Under the pieces are notes generated by a model, which saw nothing but the letters and a program-made list of their open reading frames with translations, was not told where the DNA came from and searched no databases. A stretch of DNA of 30,260 nucleotides from Kangiellaceae bacterium (lineage in GTDB: Bacteria; Pseudomonadota; Gammaproteobacteria; Enterobacterales; Kangiellaceae): positions 1 to 30,260 of the forward strand of contig JBMYPE010000001.1 of NCBI GenBank assembly GCA_049600015.1, in the 5' to 3' direction. Shown here one piece after another: positions 9,707 through 20,282 of the stretch (positions within the stretch are counted from its first letter, which is position 1; every line of letters begins with the position of its first letter). The position numbers were made by a program, and so were the translations under genes.

Positions 9707-11737
9707 TTAGGCTACTTCAAACTGATTAACTAACTTCTCTAAATTTAAAGAAATGTTCGTTAATTCTGAAATAACTTCAATATTTTGGTTCGCCCCTTTA
9801 GTCGTCTCTTCTGATAATTCGTTAATGCTAACAATTGTTCGATTAATTTCTTCTGTAGTCGCGGCCTGTTGTTCAGACGCTGTGGCGATTTGCGTATTCA
9901 TCAAGTTGATAGTATCAACAGCCGTCGTGATCGCCACCAGAGCTTCTCCGGCTGATTTCGTTTGTTCAACGCCCAGATATGCTTTTTGTTGACCTGCGTC
10001 CATCGCTAGAACGGCTTTTTTAGCACCCGATTGAACGGTTTCTATCATGGTAGCGATTTCTTCGGTCGACTCTTGTGTACGCCCTGCCAAAGTACGAACT
10101 TCATCAGCCACTACCGCAAATCCTCGACCTTGGTCTCCCGCTCTTGCCGCTTCGATTGCCGCGTTAAGTGCTAATAAGTTAGTTTGATCCGCTATCCCTT
10201 TGATGACGTCCAAGACTGATCCTATCTGATCGCTATCATCAGCAAGTTGCCTAACTACATTGCCCGCTTTTTCTACTTCTGTAGTCAAACTTGCGATTGA
10301 ATTTGCTGTCTGGTCTACGATTTGTTTGCCTTTATTAGCTTCTTGATTAGCTTGTCCCGTAGCATTAGCTGCGTCCTGTGCACTATGGTTAACATTAGCG
10401 ACCGTTGAAGACATTTGATTAATTGCTGTGGCTGTTTGCTCTATTTCCACTCTTTGTGAATTTAAACTAATACCATTTTGAGACGTTCCTTTGGAAGCTT
10501 GTTCTGCTGCCGATATTAGTTGCTTCGTTGAATTCATAATCTCCTTAACTAATTGCTGAAACTGACTAGCCATGGCGTTAAAGTCGCTTGCGATTATTTG
10601 CATTTCATCTTTGCTTTTTAACCTCGCTCTGACTGAAAGGTCACCTTTTGCTAAGTTTTTTGCTACATTGCCAATCATGGTAATATTTCTCGTAATCGCA
10701 AGATAAAGACCTACAAATAAATAACTGACAATTATCAAAACAAACGATATAACCGTAATTTCGACGATCATTAGTTGTATGGAATCGTTTGACCGCTCGC
10801 CAAATAATTGCTGAATTACCGGAATTAACTCATCAAATAATTGATAAGAGTTATTTATCGCGGCAGTTGCGCTATCAAACACAACATCGGCATTTGTTGT
10901 TATATTATCAGCTTCCAAAAGATCTTTTTTTAACAGTCTCGTAATGTTGTTAACTGCGGCGTTGCTTTTTTCAGTAAACTTATTTAATTGAGATTTTACC
11001 TCCGGGTTAGCTTCATACACTTTAGATATCGATTTTTGTATCGTTGAAAATTTGTTATCTATATTATTAGTCAGTAAAGATAACTTGATAAATGCGTCTT
11101 GAGTGAATTTCTTTTCCCCAGCAATAGCGCTCCCTAATGCTCTGGCTTGGCCCATATTTTCAAGTAATTGTGGTAAGTGAGTCACTAAAAGATTGCCTAA
11201 ATAATAAGTATCTAATACCGGATCTAAGGTGATACCTGAATTATCTGATATTGTTGCCATGAGCAAAAGTAATCGAGAAATGAGCATTGAGTGTTCATGG
11301 ATCACGGTTTTAGCATCCCAATCCAGAGAATCATTTTTAATTTGGTTCCAATGCTGAGAGATAGGTTGAAGCAACCCCGAAGTATTTAAATGACTACCTA
11401 TTTGCTGATCGACTTTCTCTAATTGTTTCAAGTAACCGTCAATTTCAGTTCGTTTCGATAATATTTTAGAGCGGAATTCCTCTCTTGCACCAGACGCATA
11501 GGCTGAGTTCATTCCTCTATGTTGCTGTATGGCTTGGATGGGCGGCTTCATCGAATAGATATATTCAACGCCAATTTGTTGATTTTTAATAAATGATATT
11601 TTCTCACTTAAACCACTAAAAACGTCTAAGGTAAGAATTACCAAAGGTAACAATACAATGATAAATATCACCAGAAATTTATAAGGAAACCGCATAGAAT
11701 TCAAAAATAGAACGGCTGGTTTGAAAAAAACATTCAT
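9707..11737 (-). CDS. Transmembrane methyl-accepting chemotaxis protein with large helical periplasmic sensor (NIT-like motif)
   Basis: TM1 near the N-terminus, ~280-aa periplasmic region, TM2, HAMP (GDLSVR...DEMQIIASDFNAM) and MA domain. IQQHRGMNSAY resembles the NIT LQxERG motif. Confidence 0.92.
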   Translation of the reverse strand: MNVFFKPAVLFLNSMRFPYKFLVIFIIVLLPLVILTLDVFSGLSEKISFIKNQQIGVEYIYSMKPPIQAIQQHRGMNSAYASGAREEFRSKILSKRTEIDGYLKQLEKVDQQIGSHLNTSGLLQPISQHWNQIKNDSLDWDAKTVIHEHSMLISRLLLLMATISDNSGITLDPVLDTYYLGNLLVTHLPQLLENMGQARALGSAIAGEKKFTQDAFIKLSLLTNNIDNKFSTIQKSISKVYEANPEVKSQLNKFTEKSNAAVNNITRLLKKDLLEADNITTNADVVFDSATAAINNSYQLFDELIPVIQQLFGERSNDSIQLMIVEITVISFVLIIVSYLFVGLYLAITRNITMIGNVAKNLAKGDLSVRARLKSKDEMQIIASDFNAMASQFQQLVKEIMNSTKQLISAAEQASKGTSQNGISLNSQRVEIEQTATAINQMSSTVANVNHSAQDAANATGQANQEANKGKQIVDQTANSIASLTTEVEKAGNVVRQLADDSDQIGSVLDVIKGIADQTNLLALNAAIEAARAGDQGRGFAVVADEVRTLAGRTQESTEEIATMIETVQSGAKKAVLAMDAGQQKAYLGVEQTKSAGEALVAITTAVDTINLMNTQIATASEQQAATTEEINRTIVSINELSEETTKGANQNIEVISELTNISLNLEKLVNQFEVA

Positions 11738-11998
11738 ATTGGCATATTCTCTTAATTGATCAGAACTTAAACAGATGTATAAAATAAGTTTAGTATTTAA
11801 GTGGTATATTCGCTAATTTTTAACTTGTCTTAGTTATACAAATCGCTAAGCAACGATTGCTTGTTTACTACGAAAAACAATTCGCGAATTAAGAAGAATG
11901 GATTCGTCTAGCTAGCATAAAATGTTAGTTATGGTTTCGCTCACCAAAACAGAAAAAATGTAACTAGAGCATAATTATTGTTAGAACACCCACCCAAT

Positions 11999-12025
11999 AA
12001 AAAAGCCGAAACTAGGTTCGGCTTT
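11999..12025 (-). terminator. Intrinsic terminator after the 12061-14067 chemoreceptor
   Basis: A6-GCCGAA-actagg-TTCGGC-TTT, giving a hairpin plus U6 on the minus strand. Confidence 0.88.
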
Positions 12026-12060
12026 CTCAAATTTAAGATGAGCTTCTAGAATAGTGATTG

Positions 12061-14067
12061 TTAATTAAACTTAAAATGTGACACTAGCCCCTGTAAATTA
12101 ACCGCTAATTTTGCCATATCTTGACTGGCTGCTAAGTTTTCTGTGGCGCCCTGCGCTGTTTGATCAGCGGCTTGTGAGATAGAGAGAATGTTTTCATGCA
12201 TTTCACGAGAAACTGAACTCTGCTCATCCGCCGCACTCGCAATATGGCTGCTCATATCATTGATTACGCTAACGGCATTGGTAATCTTAGTCAGTGACTC
12301 TCCTGCTTTAGCAGTTTCTGCAACACTGTTTTGCGCTTCCTCAGTACTGCTTTTCATAACCTCAACAGCTTCCTGCGTTCCTGTTTGCAATCTTTCTATC
12401 ATCTCTTGAATTTCGGATGTTGACTCTTGTGTTTTGCTTGCCAATGTTCTAACTTCATCGGCAACAACAGCGAATCCTCGACCTTGTTCACCTGCTCTTG
12501 CTGCTTCAATCGCAGCATTTAATGCTAATAAATTAGTTTGATCGGCTATTCCTCTAATCACATCTAATACGCTACCAATATTGGTTGAGTACTCATCGAG
12601 TTTGTCAATCACACCAGCCGCTCGTTGAATCTCAGAAGCTAATCCATTTATAGTGTTAATATTTTCTTGTACAATTTGTTGCCCAGAAGATGCCTCTGAA
12701 TTAGCACCTTGCACTTCTTTTAAGGTATTACTTGCGCTAGAAGCAACTTCATCAACCGTTGCTGTCATCTCAGTCATTGCTGTAGCAATCATATCTGTTT
12801 GCTCTTTTTGTTGCCCAATACTAGCGTTACTCTGAAGTGAAATCGCAGAGGTCTGTTCCGCAGCAGCGGATAGTTGCTCTGAACTACTAGAAATTTCTGT
12901 CATCATGCCACTTAACTGCGTGCTCAAGCGATTAATGCCATCCGATAACAATCCTATTTCATCGTCGCTATTAACAGCCACCTTATCTCTTAAGTCGCCG
13001 GCAGCGACTTTGTTCATGACATTGAGTACTTCTAAAAGAGGGCCTCTAATACTTTTTAACACCCATGCATTAGCTCCAACGGCCACCAGAATCGCGATAA
13101 TTGCAAGTCCAATCATTAACGCTCGACTAGAGGATACATTATCTCCAGCTTCTTCCTTGATACTTAAATTCAAAGCGTTAACTCTTTCAGAAACTACTGT
13201 TAATTCAGCTAAAGCTTGCTCGACAATTTGCGATGATCGAACCAATTCAGACTTAGCTTTTTCTTTAATATTAAGCTGTGTTTCCAATAGATGCACGATG
13301 CTAGATGAGCCAATCACTAAGTTTCTGAATATCTCAACGCTAGCATTGGTATCTTCGAAATATTCGTTGCTGCTACCTGCCCCATGATTACTTACCTGAG
13401 CAAATCGCTTGTCAAAATCCTGTATCAATGTGCTAATTTCATTTGACGCTGTTTTCACTTGAGACATCTCAGCGATCGCTAGCGCGTCGGTGATGGTCAC
13501 CGTCACTTCATTTACCATGGAAGACATAGCCAATAGATTATCTGAAACTGATTTATTACCCACCTCGTCTGAAAAATCAGAAAGTAAAGAATCCAGCTCA
13601 TCTGCGGCATCTTCAAATGCCACTTGTTTAGTGGTTAGCTCCGCTTGGAGTTTCAGATCTTCTTGGTGTGATTTGAATGATTGAGGTATTAAATTAAAAT
13701 ATTCATTCACTTTTGTATGGCTTGTATTCAATATCGAATTGATATTTTCATAACTTGCCGAATATTGATCGAGTGCGGCATACGCTTTGTCATTTTCTTC
13801 ATGAAAAACTGAGTATTGCCGCTCAAATTTTGCCAATTCACCTGCTTCAATTTCTTGATGATAGTTATTCACCTGCACCGATGCCTTTAATAGGCTAGTC
13901 ATTACATTGCTAGTTTGCTGTAACATGGGCGTTGACTCTTCTGTGACTCTGGTTAACCCATCATTAATACTACTTACACCAGAGAGACCGTTAAAAACTA
14001 AAACTGCCAGAAGGACAATAGTTAATATGGCACCACCCACGATACGTGCCGTAACTGTCAAATTCAT
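12061..14067 (-). CDS. Transmembrane methyl-accepting chemotaxis protein with large helical (HBM-like) periplasmic domain
   Basis: TM1 ([17 protein letters not shown]), ~290-aa helical periplasmic region, TM2 ([16 protein letters not shown]), HAMP (GDLRDKV...DEIGLL) and MA domain. Confidence 0.93.
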   Translation of the reverse strand: MNLTVTARIVGGAILTIVLLAVLVFNGLSGVSSINDGLTRVTEESTPMLQQTSNVMTSLLKASVQVNNYHQEIEAGELAKFERQYSVFHEENDKAYAALDQYSASYENINSILNTSHTKVNEYFNLIPQSFKSHQEDLKLQAELTTKQVAFEDAADELDSLLSDFSDEVGNKSVSDNLLAMSSMVNEVTVTITDALAIAEMSQVKTASNEISTLIQDFDKRFAQVSNHGAGSSNEYFEDTNASVEIFRNLVIGSSSIVHLLETQLNIKEKAKSELVRSSQIVEQALAELTVVSERVNALNLSIKEEAGDNVSSSRALMIGLAIIAILVAVGANAWVLKSIRGPLLEVLNVMNKVAAGDLRDKVAVNSDDEIGLLSDGINRLSTQLSGMMTEISSSSEQLSAAAEQTSAISLQSNASIGQQKEQTDMIATAMTEMTATVDEVASSASNTLKEVQGANSEASSGQQIVQENINTINGLASEIQRAAGVIDKLDEYSTNIGSVLDVIRGIADQTNLLALNAAIEAARAGEQGRGFAVVADEVRTLASKTQESTSEIQEMIERLQTGTQEAVEVMKSSTEEAQNSVAETAKAGESLTKITNAVSVINDMSSHIASAADEQSSVSREMHENILSISQAADQTAQGATENLAASQDMAKLAVNLQGLVSHFKFN

Positions 14068-14300
14068 ATATACCTCTATATTCGATTGATTAAACCTGCT
14101 CTAGGAGGGATCAATCAGATTGTTCACATTTTATATACCTTAAATTAAGGTTAGACCCAAATATCGCAATTTGCTTAATATTTACGATTTTTCCCCACAT
14201 ATATTGAGTCTTATAAGTTAGAAGCTACATACTCGCGTTAGTCTGTAGATATTGGTATTATCGAAACAGTGCATTATCAATATTTTTCAGGAATTTCAAA

Positions 14301-14771
14301 ATGCTAAATACTAACTTCTTAAAAACTATCACTCTCGTCTTTGTTTGCATATTCTGTAGTAATAGTTGGTCTCAAAGTAAAGGTATGGTGACACACAACA
14401 GTGCTCACTCGGTTGATAGGACAGAAAAACGTTTGCTGAAAATCCTACAAAACAAAGGATTTAGGATTTTCTCGCAAATTAATCACAGTGAAGGGGCGAA
14501 AGCACACGGCATTGATCTTCCTGCTACTCGAGTTGTAATTTTTGGTAAACCTCAAGTCGGTTCAAAATTAATGCAGTGTAGTCCCAGTGTAGCGATTGAT
14601 TTACCTCAAAAAATGCTTATCTGGAAAGAAGATCAACAAGTAAAACTCGCTTATAACTCACCGCGTTTTTTGCAAAAACGCCATCAAATGAAAAATTGTG
14701 AAACTCTATTAAAAAAGATTAATAATGCACTGAATAAAATCGCAGAAAAGGCTACATCTAGCGGAATATAA
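14301..14771 (+). CDS. Exported DUF302-family protein
   Basis: Signal peptide, then KGFRIFSQINHSEGA, VVIFGKPQVGSKLMQ and AIDLPQKMLIW, matching the DUF302 pattern. Confidence 0.85.
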   Translation: MLNTNFLKTITLVFVCIFCSNSWSQSKGMVTHNSAHSVDRTEKRLLKILQNKGFRIFSQINHSEGAKAHGIDLPATRVVIFGKPQVGSKLMQCSPSVAIDLPQKMLIWKEDQQVKLAYNSPRFLQKRHQMKNCETLLKKINNALNKIAEKATSSGI

Positions 14772-14814
14772 ATTAACTAGTTAACAAACCTTAACACTCA
14801 CAGAGGCTTTAATA

Positions 14815-16443
14815 ATGGAAAAACCATGGCACAAAAATTATCCCGATAACGTCTCGCGTGAAGTCGACATCAATCGTCATCACTCCGTAGTCGAAGTTTT
14901 TGATAAGGCTGTGGAATCATATAATGAACTTATAGCTTTTCAAAGTTTTGGCAAGGAACTCACTTATCAAAACATAAAAACCCTCTCAGATAATTTCGGT
15001 GCCTATTTACAAAATGAATTAGGTGTCAAAAAGGGTGATAGAGTAGCGGTTATGTGCCCGAACACATTTACTTTTGCTATTTCCATGTGGGCAATTATTC
15101 GTATTGGTGCGGTTCAAGTCAGCGTTAATCCACTTTACTCTGCTCACGAATTACAGCATCAACTAAAAGATGCCGATGTAGAGAATATAATTATCTTTTC
15201 AGCATCAACACCAGTTCTTGCGGAAATAATAGAAAGCAGCCCAATTAAGAATGTCATCGTTTCTGGAATTGATGATTTAGTTAATTTAAATTTACCAAGT
15301 ACCCCGACCGATCCAAGACTACAAAATACAATTTCATTTGTTGATGCGTTAAATCACGGTGCAGAACACGAAATAACAACCCCACAGTTATCCCACACCG
15401 ATCTAATATTTTTGCAATATACAGGAGGTACTACAGGTCTTTCTAAAGGCGCAATGCTCAGTCACGGAAATATCATCGCTAACCTTTTACAATATAATCA
15501 AGTAACGCAAAACTATCTTGAGAAAGGTAAAGAAACCGTTATGACGGCAATCCCCATGTATCATATTTTTGCTTTAACGGTGAACACGTTAGCTAGCTTT
15601 AATCTAGGTGCAAAAAATATTTTAATAGCCAACCCTCGTGATATGCCTTCATTTGTAAAAACTTGGCAAACATCTCAAGCAACATTTTTTACCGGTGTAA
15701 ATACATTATTTAATGGACTAATCCACACGCCAGGCTTTGATGAGATCGATTTTTCGAGCCTAAAACTAACCGTTGGTGGAGGAGCTCCCGTACAAGATGC
15801 CGTTTCTAACAAGTGGGAATCTATTACCGGCACAAGTATATATGAAGGCTATGGATTATCAGAAACCGCTCCCATTGTGAGTCTAAATCACCCAACGTCG
15901 AATGGTTATATCAGCGGAATCGGTTACCCTGTACCCTCTACCGATGTATCAATCAGAGATGATGATAATAATGTGGTCGCCGATGGCGAATCCGGTGAAT
16001 TATGCGTCAGCGGCCCACAAGTGATGCAAGGTTATTGGCGAAATCAAAAAGCCACTGATGAATGTATGACGCCTGATAATTACTTCAAGACAGGCGATAT
16101 TGCTTTATTAGATGAACATGGTGCATTCCATATTGTGGACCGTAAAAAAGATATGATTCTTGTTTCTGGTTTTAATGTATTTCCAAATGAAATTGAAGAT
16201 GTTGTCTCTAATATGGAGGGAATTCTTGAGTCCGCTTGTATTGGTGTTAAAAATGAAAAAACTGGTGAAAGCCCAAAATTGTTTGCAGTTAAAACCGATA
16301 GTTCAGTTACTGCGGAAGAGGTTGCCAACTTTTGCAAAGAAAGATTAGCCGCTTATAAAATACCCCGTGAAATTGTATTTATTGATGAACTGCCAAAATC
16401 AACAGTCGGCAAATTATTACGCAGAGAATTAAGAAACTATTGA
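14815..16443 (+). CDS. fadD: Long-chain fatty-acid-CoA ligase (FadD-like)
   Basis: MEKPWHKNYP start, LQYTGGTTGLSKGAMLSHGN, EGYGLSET, GELCVSGPQVMQGYW, IVDRKKDMILVSGFNVFPNEIE, ELPKSTVGKLLRR. Confidence 0.9.
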   Translation: MEKPWHKNYPDNVSREVDINRHHSVVEVFDKAVESYNELIAFQSFGKELTYQNIKTLSDNFGAYLQNELGVKKGDRVAVMCPNTFTFAISMWAIIRIGAVQVSVNPLYSAHELQHQLKDADVENIIIFSASTPVLAEIIESSPIKNVIVSGIDDLVNLNLPSTPTDPRLQNTISFVDALNHGAEHEITTPQLSHTDLIFLQYTGGTTGLSKGAMLSHGNIIANLLQYNQVTQNYLEKGKETVMTAIPMYHIFALTVNTLASFNLGAKNILIANPRDMPSFVKTWQTSQATFFTGVNTLFNGLIHTPGFDEIDFSSLKLTVGGGAPVQDAVSNKWESITGTSIYEGYGLSETAPIVSLNHPTSNGYISGIGYPVPSTDVSIRDDDNNVVADGESGELCVSGPQVMQGYWRNQKATDECMTPDNYFKTGDIALLDEHGAFHIVDRKKDMILVSGFNVFPNEIEDVVSNMEGILESACIGVKNEKTGESPKLFAVKTDSSVTAEEVANFCKERLAAYKIPREIVFIDELPKSTVGKLLRRELRNY

Positions 16444-16479
16444 GTATCTTCAATAGTTTCGTAAAACATATTAATCGCT

Positions 16480-17865
16480 TTACTCGTTCAATAAATTAAA
16501 AATAAATTGACCGATTTTAGTGTTGTCATGATGTCCGGCCAACTCTGCAGATCTAGGGCCATACGCATATAAATTAACATCAACACCTGTGTGCCCTCTT
16601 GTTGTCCAACCGGTGTAACTATGGTCGTTTATAATATTGGTGATGGTAGCGACCAATGCATTTTCAATTTTACTTTCACTCTTACCTTTAATATCGATAT
16701 TCATTAGCTCCTCAGGAAAAGTAAAGCTTTTTAATGTGGCCACTTCGTCTTGATAAATTTCCATAGAAGAAGCTTTTATAAAGGCAGAATAAAGGTCCTT
16801 GGCGATTAATGCCTGTACTGCAATTTCTTCCGGTGTTTTAGTAAAAGAACGTATCACATCACTATTCCAATCATAATATTTCTTGCCCTTTACTTCACTC
16901 CCAATTGATAATCCTCCAGTAGAATGATCTGCGGTAAGAATCACTTGTGTTTCACTATTACTTTTTGCAAACTCAATAACTTCCTTTAAAGCTAGTTCAA
17001 AGTCTTGCATTTCTGACATTGCACCAACAATATCTTTTCTATGACCAGCCCAATCAATTTGACTGGCCTCAATCATTAAAAAGAAACCTTTTTTGTTTTT
17101 TGATAGTTGTTTTATTGCTGCATTTGTCATTTCAGCTAAAGATGGCGTTTCTTTTTTGCGATCCATCATTTTATCTAGTTGTTCTTTAGCAAAAATACCA
17201 ATCATTTTTTCTTGAGTATTATTTAGTAAACCTTCTTTGTTGACGACATAATTATATCCTTTAGATTTAAATTCTTTGGTTAGGTTACGATCTTCCCTTA
17301 CAAAATTATTCTTCCCTCCCCCTAACATTACGTCTACGTAAGGACTACTACCGAATTGGTTATCAAAAAACTGATCCGCTATTTTCGCGTATTCATAACG
17401 ACTTGGATGATGGGCGACAAAAGCTGCTGGCGTTGCACCAGTAAGTGGTGAGGTAACAACTATTCCGGTTGATTTTCCTAGTTGTTTCGCTTTTTCTAGT
17501 ACCGTGAGCAATTCCTCACCTTGATCTGTTATTGATAAAGTTCGATTTGGCACTTTCTTGCCCGTCGCATAAGCTGTTGCGGCGGCAGCGGAATCCGTCA
17601 CCTTCTCATTTGTTCCTTTTGGATGTGTATCAAGCGTACCTACTAAGTGCTTGTCGAAAGTTGTCATCTCAAATATTTCTGTTTCTGGATCATCTTTAAA
17701 AAGTCGGTACGCTTTGATATAAGCAGGCCCCATGCCATCCCCAATCATCAATATTATATTTTTGACTTTTTGTTTTTCTGGTTTTTGTTGAGTCGATTGA
17801 CAGCCAACTAAAATGGATAAAAAAATCAACAAGCTAAAAACTAACTTAGATTGGAAAAATTTCAT
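16480..17865 (-). CDS. Alkaline phosphatase (PhoA superfamily), predicted lipoprotein
   Basis: Lipobox LVG-C. Metal and active-site motifs IGDGMG, VTDSAAAATA (catalytic Ser), IEASQIDWAGH, TADHSTGG, GHTGVDV. Confidence 0.93.
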   Translation of the reverse strand: MKFFQSKLVFSLLIFLSILVGCQSTQQKPEKQKVKNIILMIGDGMGPAYIKAYRLFKDDPETEIFEMTTFDKHLVGTLDTHPKGTNEKVTDSAAAATAYATGKKVPNRTLSITDQGEELLTVLEKAKQLGKSTGIVVTSPLTGATPAAFVAHHPSRYEYAKIADQFFDNQFGSSPYVDVMLGGGKNNFVREDRNLTKEFKSKGYNYVVNKEGLLNNTQEKMIGIFAKEQLDKMMDRKKETPSLAEMTNAAIKQLSKNKKGFFLMIEASQIDWAGHRKDIVGAMSEMQDFELALKEVIEFAKSNSETQVILTADHSTGGLSIGSEVKGKKYYDWNSDVIRSFTKTPEEIAVQALIAKDLYSAFIKASSMEIYQDEVATLKSFTFPEELMNIDIKGKSESKIENALVATITNIINDHSYTGWTTRGHTGVDVNLYAYGPRSAELAGHHDNTKIGQFIFNLLNE

Positions 17866-17967
17866 GTTCTTACCTTATTTTAAATATCTAAAATCAAAGA
17901 GATCTACTATGCTCGTATATAGCGTGCTAAAATTTCGCTTGGACGACAAAAAAGGAATAATAATAAA

Positions 17968-20265
17968 GTGATCGCTAAAACGCAGCCCTATTCTATCTTA
18001 TCTCCACATTATTTTAGAATTTTATCGCTTTTAGTTTTTCTTTGTTACTTTTGTATCGCTTCAAGTACTTTTGCAAAAGACCTCTATCTCCCTCACTTTC
18101 CACAACAAATCACTGTTGATGGAGAGCTCACAGAAGAAATTTGGCAAAAAGCCCTAAAGATCGATCTAAATTATGAAACTTCTCCTGGCGAGAATATAAA
18201 GCCAAGTGTGATTACACACGTTTATCTATATGAAAATGGCGAAACGCTATTTGTCGCATTTGACGCTAAAGATGACAATCCAAGTGAAATCAGAGATTAT
18301 TTGTTAGATCGAGATAACATCTGGAGTAGTGATTTTGTTGGCTTAAAATTTGACACCTTTGGCGAAAACAGAAAAGCATTTCAATTTTTTACTAACGCAA
18401 AAAGCATTCAAGCAGATGCGATTCAAGAAGATTTTAGGGGTGACGACTCAACTTGGGATGCCATTTGGCAGAGTAAAGCAAAAGTAAACTCGGATGGTTA
18501 TATTGTTGAAATGGCAATTCCTTTTAGCGCGCTTCGCTTTCCGTCTACAGGTCAAAAGCAATCTTGGGGAGTAGAGCTGTTAAGGTTTTTACCAAGAAAG
18601 TCCTTTCATAGAATTGCTAATTCACCGGTCGACCGAAGCATTGCTTGTAATATTTGCCAATTTGATAAACTAGTTGGTTTAACGAATATTAAGGAGTCAA
18701 AAAACCTACGCCTTATTCCTACTCTCACTTTAGGAAAAAATGAAACTCGAAGCTTTAACGACCAAAGCATTCCAAGTGCTTGGGAAAATGATGGTTTGGA
18801 TTCGAGTGTTGGGCTAGATCTACGATGGGGCATTACTCCAGAGACTTATCTTAACGCAACAATTAATCCTGATTTTTCTCAAGTAGAAGCAGATTCCGCT
18901 CAACTGGAAGTCAATTCTACTTTCTCGATTTTTGTCGATGAAAAACGACCATTTTTTTTAGATGGCGCAGACTATTTTAATACACCTCACCGCCTTGTAC
19001 ATACTCGTGATTTAATCTCACCAGACTATGGTATAAAAGTAACAGGGCAATCAAACAATCATAGTTATGGTGTTATTTCGGTTAAAGATGAGGCAACCAG
19101 TTTTCTTTTACCTAGCAGTCAAGGTTCCGATTTGCTGACCATGGATAATCTAGAAAGTGAAAACCAAATTTTGCGTTACAGCTATGACTTAGGTAATAAG
19201 AATAATGTGGGCGCACTGATTACAAATAAAACTGCGGATGGATACTCAAATCGAGTATCCTCAATTGATGGTAAATATTGGTTCAATCAAGATCATTCTT
19301 TTACCTACCAACTAATGAATTCAGAAAACCAATATTCAGATGCAATGCTAGAGAATGAAGATTTCGAGATTAATAAAGCAAAAATTTCGGATAACGCGTT
19401 TACTTTAAATTATGATTATCAAACTAGAAATTGGCGTGCCAAAGTAAGGCATGTTGATTTTGGTAAGGACTTTAGAGCAGATTTAGGTTTTATCCGAAAA
19501 GTTGATTTTACTAAGTCGGTGATTGGTATGCGAAGAATTTGGTTTCCATCACCAAATGAAAAGAAATGGTGGAATCGCGCTTCATTGGGCGGGGATTGGG
19601 ATATCACTAAAAACTCTGACGGAAAACTTTTAGAAAAAGAATTGGAAGCAAATGTTCGTGTAGAAGGTACTTATCAATCTGCAATAAATTTTGGGCTAGG
19701 ACAACGAGAAAGAGAATGGGATGATATTTATTTTGATGAAGATTTTTATTTCTTATTCTTAGCCGCTGAACCTATCTCCGGCCTTAAGCTTAATATTCGT
19801 CTTAATACTGGCGATACCATTGATTTCGTGAACAGTGAGTTAGGTAAATCAAAACGAATTTCACCTGGGATGGAGTGGCAGGCAAATCAAAATATACTAG
19901 TGAGATTAAATTTTTCTAAACAGTGGTTTGATTTGGATACAGGTGAATTATTTAATGCATCAGCGACTAACTTTAGATTTACTTATTTGTTTAATGAACG
20001 GAGCAGTCTTAGATTTACTTTACAAAAGTTAAACATTCAAAAAAACCCGGTGCTATACGATTCATACTTGGATGATTCGGTTGATAACGAAATCCCAAAA
20101 TTTATTTCTCTTGCAACTCAGCTTTTATATTCATATAAGGTTAACCCTCAAACTTTATTTTTTGCAGGCTATTCAGATAATGGTTTCCAAAATGATGAAA
20201 TGGCACATATTGAAAAAGAAAATCGTTCAGTGTTTATGAAGTTTTCGTATGCTTGGCAAATCTAG
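17968..20265 (+). CDS. CBM9-like (DOMON) domain plus DUF5916 outer-membrane beta-barrel protein
   Basis: GTG start with AAAGGAA RBS and a signal peptide. N-terminal ITVDGEL..EIW, IVEMAIPFSALRF. DUF5916-type LNATINPDFSQVEAD and EKRPFFLDG. C-terminal amphipathic strand FMKFSYAWQI. Confidence 0.82.
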   Translation: MIAKTQPYSILSPHYFRILSLLVFLCYFCIASSTFAKDLYLPHFPQQITVDGELTEEIWQKALKIDLNYETSPGENIKPSVITHVYLYENGETLFVAFDAKDDNPSEIRDYLLDRDNIWSSDFVGLKFDTFGENRKAFQFFTNAKSIQADAIQEDFRGDDSTWDAIWQSKAKVNSDGYIVEMAIPFSALRFPSTGQKQSWGVELLRFLPRKSFHRIANSPVDRSIACNICQFDKLVGLTNIKESKNLRLIPTLTLGKNETRSFNDQSIPSAWENDGLDSSVGLDLRWGITPETYLNATINPDFSQVEADSAQLEVNSTFSIFVDEKRPFFLDGADYFNTPHRLVHTRDLISPDYGIKVTGQSNNHSYGVISVKDEATSFLLPSSQGSDLLTMDNLESENQILRYSYDLGNKNNVGALITNKTADGYSNRVSSIDGKYWFNQDHSFTYQLMNSENQYSDAMLENEDFEINKAKISDNAFTLNYDYQTRNWRAKVRHVDFGKDFRADLGFIRKVDFTKSVIGMRRIWFPSPNEKKWWNRASLGGDWDITKNSDGKLLEKELEANVRVEGTYQSAINFGLGQREREWDDIYFDEDFYFLFLAAEPISGLKLNIRLNTGDTIDFVNSELGKSKRISPGMEWQANQNILVRLNFSKQWFDLDTGELFNASATNFRFTYLFNERSSLRFTLQKLNIQKNPVLYDSYLDDSVDNEIPKFISLATQLLYSYKVNPQTLFFAGYSDNGFQNDEMAHIEKENRSVFMKFSYAWQI

Positions 20266-20282
20266 AAAAAGGAAAATATAAT

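Noticed and set aside
11738-11998. c-di-GMP or other riboswitch upstream of a chemoreceptor
   Set aside because: No GEMM-type GAAA tetraloop/receptor or GCAAA/GGACGC signatures on either strand.
9753-14089. Several plus-strand ORFs (60-160 aa) opposite the two transmembrane chemoreceptors
   Set aside because: Typical open antisense frames of helical MA-domain codons.
14137-14151. 7-1-7 palindrome ACCTTAA-a-TTAAGGT in the MCP/DUF302 divergent region
   Set aside because: AT-rich single copy that matches no motif I recognise. Not supportable as a site.
16080-19607. Short overlapping ORFs in fadD and the DUF5916 gene
   Set aside because: Nested in or antisense to long genes with strong family motifs.
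20253-20282. TTG start of the amidase from the ORF track
   Set aside because: Overlaps the upstream gene and lacks an RBS. ATG 20283 has a good RBS and begins the Amidase_3 fold.
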